From Methanobacteriota archaeon (GTDB taxonomy: Archaea > Thermoplasmatota > Poseidoniia > Poseidoniales > Thalassarchaeaceae), in the NCBI GenBank assembly GCA_018650285.1, contig JABIGF010000001.1, positions 34,072 through 98,071 on the forward strand: a DNA stretch of 64,000 nt. Reading direction: 5' to 3'. The position numbers were made by a program, and so were the translations under genes. A model generated the notes under the pieces. The model was given only the letters and a program-made list of their open reading frames with translations. It was not told the DNA's origin and ran no database searches. Positions within the stretch are counted from its first letter, which is position 1; each line of letters opens with the position of its first letter. This document shows, one piece after another, positions 57,797-64,000 of the stretch.

Positions 57797-58099
57797 TCAT
57801 TCATTAATTGAAGAAGTCCAACGATGGACATCAGGTATGTCAACAACTTCTATGAATACTGCAGTAATTTTCCTTTTCTCAATCAATTTTGCTCTCAAAT
57901 CAATTAGGTCTAGGAGGCAGCAAGGGCAATGTGCACGGGCTGGCGTTACCCGAATTTTGACAGAGCCATCATCGTTGACCTGCATCGCCTTAAGCACTGA
58001 ACTTTTTGCCAATGTACCAGAGCCATGTGGTTCCTGCCAAGAAGAAAGAACATCAAGAAGTTGGCGTTGTGCTGCCTTCTGTGCCCTGCTCGTCATCAT
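57797..58099 (-). CDS. DUF59/MIP18-like Fe-S assembly protein
   Basis: VKIRVTPARAHCPCC resembles the DUF59 T-x-x-x-CP motif. Confidence 0.35.
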   Translation of the reverse strand: MMTSRAQKAAQRQLLDVLSSWQEPHGSGTLAKSSVLKAMQVNDDGSVKIRVTPARAHCPCCLLDLIDLRAKLIEKRKITAVFIEVVDIPDVHRWTSSINE

Positions 58100-58136
58100 T
58101 CATCGCTAGCGGTGTTTGGTTTTCGGTGTTGCCCTT

Positions 58137-59015
58137 TCAAACATCAATGCTTAGCACATGTTCAATGGTAATTGAGCGCGAGCCGTTTTCTTTTGCTCGA
58201 TGCTCAGCCAATTCAAGGGTGCGCTTGATAAAACCCATTTTTGCTAATTCATCTAATTTTTCCAATGCGGGAGCGAAATCTGCTGGATTACCGCCAGTAA
58301 GTGATGTTTTCATCTCATGTTGAATGGTTCCAGCCTGGTCGTAATAGAGTTCAAGAATTTCTTCTAAAGCATCATTTTCAACTTTCATTCCTGAGAATTG
58401 TTTTGCTAGTTGGCGCAAAATAGCCGGGGTGATGATGCCAGCACCTCCGCCAACAAGTGCATCAAGTGAATCGACTTGAGAATTAGTTACAACTGGAATA
58501 TTTTCTGCCGCTTCAGTAGGGAGACTAACTCCAAGATTGGAGAGCGCCTCCTCAAGATGACGTGGTTTGATAGTTCCCATGCGCTGGTTTGTGCAAACTG
58601 TTTCACACGCACGTAACACACTTCGAAGATAATTTTCTAATTCTTCGCAAGCAGCAGTAACAGCCGCCGCCCCAACTGAGTCAACCTGTTCAATTCGCTC
58701 AATCATTAGGCCGCGAGTTCTACTGAATCCCAAACGAGTTCGTCGCGGGTCGTCTAGAGTTTTACGTTCTGCATCTTGGCCAAGAGTTTCTTGCTCCATT
58801 CGTGGGACAACATCATCTAACTTTGCAACAAGAATATCAACAAGTTCACTTTTTACAGCACCTGAAATCCGTAAGTCAGTGTATGCAGTTGCAACGGTTG
58901 CAACATGAGAAGGAGACCACGGTTTCGCACCCATAATGCTCTCTGTCTGCGGGACACCCATGAACTTGACGGCGATAGAGTGAGGTCTTGAGAATTGAAA
59001 ATCAATCCTTCTCAT
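58137..59015 (-). CDS. protein with two tandem histone-fold-like domains
   Basis: Two segments resemble the archaeal histone alpha2-L2-alpha3 (compare HMfB ...ARHAGRKTIKAEDIELA). These are ...CTNQRMGTIKPRHLEEAL and ...AEHRAKENGSRSITIEHVLSI. Confidence 0.4.
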   Translation of the reverse strand: MRRIDFQFSRPHSIAVKFMGVPQTESIMGAKPWSPSHVATVATAYTDLRISGAVKSELVDILVAKLDDVVPRMEQETLGQDAERKTLDDPRRTRLGFSRTRGLMIERIEQVDSVGAAAVTAACEELENYLRSVLRACETVCTNQRMGTIKPRHLEEALSNLGVSLPTEAAENIPVVTNSQVDSLDALVGGGAGIITPAILRQLAKQFSGMKVENDALEEILELYYDQAGTIQHEMKTSLTGGNPADFAPALEKLDELAKMGFIKRTLELAEHRAKENGSRSITIEHVLSIDV

Positions 59016-59056
59016 CCAAGAGGAGAATTTTGATTATTTGTTAAGCGGATTGAAAG

Positions 59057-60376
59057 TTACCACTCTTGATGCAACGGAATCAAGTCTCCAGCAGTTAAGC
59101 ATTCCATTCCGTTTTCAGTTCTTACCCAACTGTCTTCGACACCTATTGCGCCATCAGGATAGATCACTTTTGGTTCAATTGCCATCGTTCCACCAATAGG
59201 GAGAGGCTGCGGGAATCCGCGCGCAACTACTGGTGTTTCGTCAAGGTGTAGTCCAATTGAGTGCCCTAAGAAACGAGCTTGGTCTGGTGGCATTCCCATT
59301 AGGTGCTTGTCATAACCTAACTCTCGTGCGATTTTCATACCCCCTTCGTAAGCCATCTCGCAAGTATCTCCTTTCGCAAGGCTTGTGACTACTGATGAAC
59401 TAATTTCTACCATGCTCTCAAGTCGTTGTGTCCATTCGTCATTTAGTGGCCCGACACTGAACATTCTAGTACAATCCGAGACATAACCGCGGTGGCAATG
59501 AACTATGTCAACAAGGACAGGTTCACCAATTTTTATGCGGTGGAATCCTGCTCCTAATGATGCGAATGGATGAGGCCCAGTGCCGCCAATTGCAGAATCA
59601 AAGTAGGATGGTACTGCGCCGGAATGGCCTGCTGCAATCACGACGCGGTCGCAATTCATTGGCCATTTTCTCATCATTATGTGGCCACCAAATCCGGCTG
59701 CACGGCTGACAGAATCCGCGGCAGCGGCGAGTTCTATCTCAGAGACACCTTCGCCCCCCTCATCATAAATCGCTTCAAACATCCAGCGGTTTACTTCTCC
59801 ACTGGCACGCATTTGTTCAATTTCCCAGAGACTCTTACTTTCGCGTAGAGAGTAGAGAAGACGAGTACAATCAGATGATTCACCAATAATATCGTGATAA
59901 AAAGTTGCTTGATTATGAGGCATTTTTCCATGTTGCATTGCAGGTGTCGTGGTACATCCACGTTGCTTTAATTCATCATCAAGAGATTTTGTGGATGGAT
60001 GTGATGCCAATTCGAATGGCGCCGCATCTCCTCCTGCTTCCCATCGGGCGCGGTCTAGGCTTGCTCGAACCCAATAAACCGAATCAACATCTGATTCCGA
60101 ACTACCAACCAACAAGGTTCCATTTTGGCGGCCCCCAGTTAACCAATAAAGGTCAACAGGGTCGTGAACTAACATTGATTCAATACCTGCTTCAGAGAGT
60201 GCTGTTGCTGCCTGAGTCATGCGTTGAGCCAACTCACCAGCAGGTACTCGCCAATCATCTCCTTGTGGCCCCTCTATCGCCGAGACGTCCCACTCCATGT
60301 GTCTCCGAAGTGGTAACCCGTCTAATGTATTCGCGTCAATTTCATTGACAAAATATAGTCTCCACCCATTTTTCAC
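59057..60376 (-). CDS. M24-family Xaa-Pro aminopeptidase/prolidase-like
   Basis: Pita-bread metal ligands (HCHRGYVSDCTRMF, GHSIGLHLDE). Confidence 0.65.
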   Translation of the reverse strand: MKNGWRLYFVNEIDANTLDGLPLRRHMEWDVSAIEGPQGDDWRVPAGELAQRMTQAATALSEAGIESMLVHDPVDLYWLTGGRQNGTLLVGSSESDVDSVYWVRASLDRARWEAGGDAAPFELASHPSTKSLDDELKQRGCTTTPAMQHGKMPHNQATFYHDIIGESSDCTRLLYSLRESKSLWEIEQMRASGEVNRWMFEAIYDEGGEGVSEIELAAAADSVSRAAGFGGHIMMRKWPMNCDRVVIAAGHSGAVPSYFDSAIGGTGPHPFASLGAGFHRIKIGEPVLVDIVHCHRGYVSDCTRMFSVGPLNDEWTQRLESMVEISSSVVTSLAKGDTCEMAYEGGMKIARELGYDKHLMGMPPDQARFLGHSIGLHLDETPVVARGFPQPLPIGGTMAIEPKVIYPDGAIGVEDSWVRTENGMECLTAGDLIPLHQEW

Positions 60377-60426
60377 GTTTGTGAAATGTTCTGATTGTAA
60401 CCTTCTAAATTAAATAAGTCATTCAA

Positions 60427-60963
60427 TTGGCCCAAAACATGCTAGAAAATCCAGTTACAAGTGGAGAGAAAGATAGGCTAAAGCACGCATTGAAATTGAA
60501 ACAAGTGGTTAGAGCAGGATGGACGAGGTTCAATATTGAAAATCCTGAAACAGTTGCATCACATTGTTGGGGGATGGGATTAGCCGCACTACTCTATTGT
60601 CCAGAAGAATTAGATCGGGAGAAGGTCATTACCCTAGCGTTAATTCATGATTTAGCCGAAGTAATCGTAGGTGATAAAACTCCATATGATAACATTTCTA
60701 AGGAAGATAAGCGAACTGCAGAAGAGAGCGCCCTTGCAGTAATGCTAGAGGGTCATCCACGAGGCGAAGAGTTGCAGAATTGGTGGCAAGAATTTGAAGA
60801 CCGAACATCTCCTGAAGGGAGATATGTTGCTGACCTTGATAAGTTAGATATGGGTTTACAGGCAGAAAATTATGAGATAGATTCTGGTGAAGATTTAAGC
60901 GAATTTACTAATGCTTCTAGGAGAATGGTAAAAGATTCATATCTATTCAAATTCATAGAATAA
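60427..60963 (+). CDS. HD-domain phosphohydrolase (YfbR-like 5'-deoxynucleotidase)
   Basis: HCWGMG...LIHDLAEVIVGDKTP (the H...HD...D motif). Confidence 0.65.
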   Translation: MAQNMLENPVTSGEKDRLKHALKLKQVVRAGWTRFNIENPETVASHCWGMGLAALLYCPEELDREKVITLALIHDLAEVIVGDKTPYDNISKEDKRTAEESALAVMLEGHPRGEELQNWWQEFEDRTSPEGRYVADLDKLDMGLQAENYEIDSGEDLSEFTNASRRMVKDSYLFKFIE

Positions 60964-60976
60964 TGAATTATGTCAC

Positions 60977-62212
60977 TCAAGCAAATTTTTCTGCTGCTAG
61001 TTTTAATGCTTCAACTGCTGGCATTTTCTTTCCAGAAAGTAGTGTCAAACATGCACCTCCACCAGTGCTATTGTGTCCGATTTTTTCGCTGGCGCCACGT
61101 TGGTTCACAAGAGTGCTAGTGTGCCCCCCGCCAATAATAACGAAGGCATCGGTTTCAACACAAGTATTGAGAATTTCAATGGTGCCAAAAGCAAACTTTG
61201 ACTTTTCAAAATAAGACGCCGGCCCATTCCACAGAACACATTTTGCACCCATGATTGCAGGCCCAATGTTCATCAAAGATGCAATTCCAATGTCATATAT
61301 TGGATATTCAGTGGGCAAATTTCTAACTGAGAGCGGAGCTCTTTCGCCATCAATCTCAATAGCTAAATCAGAAGGTAATATCAGTTTGTCAGAATGATTA
61401 CTGCAGACCCATTGAGCCATTTCCCAAGTTCTATCAAACGCATCTCCAAGTTCGTTTCGAATAAAATTCTCATTGAGGTTGCCTAACTCTTTTCCATCGG
61501 CCCAAACCATCAGATTTCCTACAACTCCAACAGGAATAATTGTGTCAACAACATCGCGTTCAAGAAGATTAACTGCGATATCAAGGGAATCATCACATTT
61601 TATTCCACCTAAAACAACAACGTACGGTCGTTGTGGATTTTCAACAGCAGAACCTAATGTTTCCAATTCTTGTTGCAACAATACTCCTGCATAAGAAGGT
61701 AAAACAAGACCAAATCCAGATATTGTTGGAGAATTCCTATGTGCACAAGCAAAGGCGTCATTAACAAAAGCATCAGCAATGCTTGATAATTTTTGAACAA
61801 TTTCAGTTGCTGCCAACTCTTCAAAAGTGGCATTCTTCATCGAAGTCTCTTCACTCCAGCCACGAACATTGTCTAAGAAAATCATCTCTCCATTATTCAT
61901 TTCACTAATGGCAGCAAGTGCAACGTCTCCACAAATATCAGGTACGAAGGTGATCGTTCTACCAAGCAGAACACCGAGTAATTCAGCATGTCTTTCCATT
62001 GTGGTAAAGTCTGATTTTCCTGGCCGTGACTGGTGTGCAAGAAGTACTACTTTTGAATTTCCTAGACGGCGGAGAGTAGGCATTATTCCACGTAATCGTG
62101 AATCATCAAGAAATTCGCCGGTGATTGGATTTAATGGTGAATTTACATCAACACGGACAAGCACGGTCTTGCCCGCGAGGTCTGCATCACTCAAGGTGAG
62201 GAGCGACACCAT
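60977..62212 (-). CDS. pgk: phosphoglycerate kinase
   Basis: The length of 411 aa is typical, and the PGK signatures (VRVDVNSP..., GGGACLTLLSGKKMPAVEAL) are present. Confidence 0.85.
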   Translation of the reverse strand: MVSLLTLSDADLAGKTVLVRVDVNSPLNPITGEFLDDSRLRGIMPTLRRLGNSKVVLLAHQSRPGKSDFTTMERHAELLGVLLGRTITFVPDICGDVALAAISEMNNGEMIFLDNVRGWSEETSMKNATFEELAATEIVQKLSSIADAFVNDAFACAHRNSPTISGFGLVLPSYAGVLLQQELETLGSAVENPQRPYVVVLGGIKCDDSLDIAVNLLERDVVDTIIPVGVVGNLMVWADGKELGNLNENFIRNELGDAFDRTWEMAQWVCSNHSDKLILPSDLAIEIDGERAPLSVRNLPTEYPIYDIGIASLMNIGPAIMGAKCVLWNGPASYFEKSKFAFGTIEILNTCVETDAFVIIGGGHTSTLVNQRGASEKIGHNSTGGGACLTLLSGKKMPAVEALKLAAEKFA

Positions 62213-62348
62213 TGGTTCTGCGACTTGACGCCTACCTTTTATTCAAGCGGTCCCATAATTGTAGAAATTGGATAGTATCCATCTTCATTTGCCCGCTTTG
62301 CGATTCATTCATAGGGGGACAGCGAACCTCGCGTTAACTGGGGCTGGG

Positions 62349-63311
62349 ATGCCAAAGAAGGGAAGTAGTAAGGCGAATGCTGGTGAAAAATCAGTTGACG
62401 CGCGCGCAGTAGCACGAACAGGTGCTACGAAGCGCAATGGTACCAAAACATCTGACTTCGGCGTTTCTAAGCGAGAGAGCCATGATGCGACCCAGTTTTA
62501 CGGTTCAGCGATGTATCGTGGCTTGCCAAAGGAATCAGATACTGGAGATGTGGGAGTTTTACCAGATGATTTGCATAATCAAGTGATTTGTGGAGATGCG
62601 CGTGATATGCGTAATATCCCTGATAATTCAGTTCACATGATGGTCACTTCCCCACCATATAATGCCTCCAAAACTTACGATGATGACCTTGCACTTTCTG
62701 AATATCTTGACCTATTGAGAGGGGTGTTTGATGAGTGCTATCGTGTGCTTGTTCCTGGTGGAAGGGCTTGTATTAATGTTGCAAACCTTGGGCGCAAGCC
62801 GTACATTCCACTAGCATCTTTCATCAATCAGATTATGATTGAAATCGGATTTTTGCCACGGGGTGAAATCATTTGGAATAAGGCAGCAAGTGCGGGCGTA
62901 TCATGCGCTTGGGGTTCGTGGAAATCTGCATCCAACCCAACATTGAGAGATGTTCATGAATACATTCTTATTTTTTCAAAGGGGCAGTTTAAGTTACCAC
63001 GTTCACGTTCTGAAAAAGAAGAGGGGCGCGAAGATTCAATTGGCAAAAAAGAGTTCATTGAATGGACTAAGTCAATCTGGACGTTCCCTACTGTGAGTGC
63101 AAAGAGAGTGGGGCACCCAGCCCCATTCCCAGTGGAATTACCACGTCGTTGTATGGAGATGTATACTTTTGTCGGAGATATTGTTCTTGACCCATTTGGT
63201 GGGTCTGGAACGACAGGAATCGCTGCAAAGCAAAATGGTCGCAAATATCTCTTGTTTGATATCAGTGAAGAGTATTGTGAGTTGGCAGAAAAGAGAATTG
63301 CTGACAATTAA
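62349..63311 (+). CDS. beta-class DNA methyltransferase (N4-cytosine/N6-adenine type), solitary
   Basis: Motif IV VTSPPYN precedes motif I DIVLDPFGGSGTTGIAA, which is the beta-class order. No adjacent restriction endonuclease gene. The first ATG is at 62349; the ORF track start at 62268 is a non-ATG start codon. Confidence 0.75.
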   Translation: MPKKGSSKANAGEKSVDARAVARTGATKRNGTKTSDFGVSKRESHDATQFYGSAMYRGLPKESDTGDVGVLPDDLHNQVICGDARDMRNIPDNSVHMMVTSPPYNASKTYDDDLALSEYLDLLRGVFDECYRVLVPGGRACINVANLGRKPYIPLASFINQIMIEIGFLPRGEIIWNKAASAGVSCAWGSWKSASNPTLRDVHEYILIFSKGQFKLPRSRSEKEEGREDSIGKKEFIEWTKSIWTFPTVSAKRVGHPAPFPVELPRRCMEMYTFVGDIVLDPFGGSGTTGIAAKQNGRKYLLFDISEEYCELAEKRIADN

Positions 63312-63383
63312 GCCACCGGAGAGATTTGAACTCTCGACCGCCTGATTACGAATCAGGTGCTCTACCAGCTAAGCCACAGTGGC
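63312..63383 (-). tRNA. tRNA-Thr (anticodon CGU), no encoded CCA
   Basis: Reverse complement GCCACTGTGGCTTAGCTGGTAGAGCACCTGATTCGTAATCAGGCGGTCGAGAGTTCAAATCTCTCCGGTGGC folds as a cloverleaf. It has a 7-bp acceptor stem, a D-arm, anticodon stem-loop CCTGA-TTCGTAA-TCAGG and a T-arm GAGAG-TTCAAAT-CTCTC. Confidence 0.85.
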
Positions 63384-63403
63384 AACAAGGCCACCGAGTG
63401 ACC

Positions 63404-63415
63404 AATTAAGCATAA
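63404..63415 (-). promoter_or_regulatory. TATA-like box (TTATGCTTAATT on the minus strand), about 26 nt upstream of the tRNA-Thr 5' end
   Basis: The position and AT-rich sequence match archaeal tRNA promoters. Confidence 0.35.
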
Positions 63416-63422
63416 GAGAGCC

Positions 63423-63442
63423 GGTAACGGAGTTACCTTTTT
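63423..63442 (+). terminator. hairpin GGTAAC-GGA-GTTACC followed by T5, a possible plus-strand terminator
   Basis: Inverted repeat plus a T-tract visible in the sequence. Archaeal terminators are T-rich. Confidence 0.2.
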
Positions 63443-63519
63443 GGGGAGGGAATCACACATTTTCACATTCACAATCGTTAGTCTATGTGGAGAGTTTGAT
63501 GAGGGAGGAAGGTGGCCCA

Positions 63520-64000
63520 ATGGTTATGGGCGGCGCGAGAAGTAACCCGTTGTTCCGCCGTATTTTTGGAGATGCATTCCCCTCAACGTCAGCTTTAGCA
63601 ATTGACCTTTGTAATCGAGGTGAGGTAAACAACGCTTCTCAAATGATTCATTTAGGCTCTGGAATGGGTAGTGTTTCATCGCTTATTTCTGGGCGCTTTG
63701 GTTGTACTATTTCAGGTGTTGAATCGTTGCCAATAATGGTCGAAAATGCCAATGCTGACTGGGCTAAAGATTCAGTTGAATTTCAATGCTCACCGTTACA
63801 CTCAGCGCCATTTCCAGATGCTTGGGCAACTCATCTGTTAACCGAATCCCGTCTTTCAGTTAGCCGCCAACCTGAAACAATACTTGCAGAAGCCCGACGG
63901 CTATTATGCGATGGCGGCATATTGATGAATTCTGAACTTGTAATTAGCGATTCTTCACTGCTTGAAGATAAGGTGAAGTTGTTCATGGACAATATTTTCG
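63520..64000 (+). CDS. class I SAM-dependent methyltransferase-like protein (partial, runs off the window)
   Basis: ATG preceded by GAGGAAGGTGG. A glycine-rich motif LGSGMGSV (GxGxG-like) is present, and the ORF is open to the window end. Confidence 0.35.
   Translation, partial: MVMGGARSNPLFRRIFGDAFPSTSALAIDLCNRGEVNNASQMIHLGSGMGSVSSLISGRFGCTISGVESLPIMVENANADWAKDSVEFQCSPLHSAPFPDAWATHLLTESRLSVSRQPETILAEARRLLCDGGILMNSELVISDSSLLEDKVKLFMDNIF

Noticed and set aside
63097-63345. 82-aa ORF overlapping the MTase 3' end and the tRNA
   Set aside because: It overlaps a confident tRNA and the MTase in another frame. It is spurious.
60977-63383. Integrated mobile element at tRNA-Thr
   Set aside because: No integrase, transposase or att-like direct repeat was seen. 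The tRNA-proximal genes are core (pgk). Only the solitary MTase is suggestive, and it is reported separately at low weight.

Overview
This window looks like an AT-rich archaeal chromosome segment, euryarchaeal in character and possibly Thermoplasmatota or marine group II-like; the lineage is an inference. Most of it is core housekeeping. It contains the conserved archaeal ftsZ-secE-spt5-rpl11-rpl1-rpl10(P0)-rpl12(P1) cluster and the rpl21e-rpoF-DUF655-ksgA cluster. It also holds TFB, PGK, Pus10, a YchF-like GTPase, CorA, FTR1, a CAX antiporter, an RND/MMPL exporter, peptidases (M20, M24), a CDP-alcohol phosphatidyltransferase, tandem SPFH proteins, one tRNA-Thr(CGU), a solitary beta-class DNA methyltransferase, and two very large secreted surface proteins. 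The most unusual element is an overlapping two-gene bacterial-type AddB-like/AddA-like helicase-nuclease pair at 3916-12671. Other oddities are an L11 gene that encodes only the C-terminal rRNA-binding domain, an Spt5 ORF with a roughly 135-aa N-terminal degenerate Nudix-like extension, a protein with two histone-fold-like domains, recurrent GC-rich palindromes, and a repeated 10-mer (TCGCCGAGTT) at gene boundaries. No CRISPR array, integrase or transposase was seen. All calls are by eye from the translations and sequence, with no database searches.
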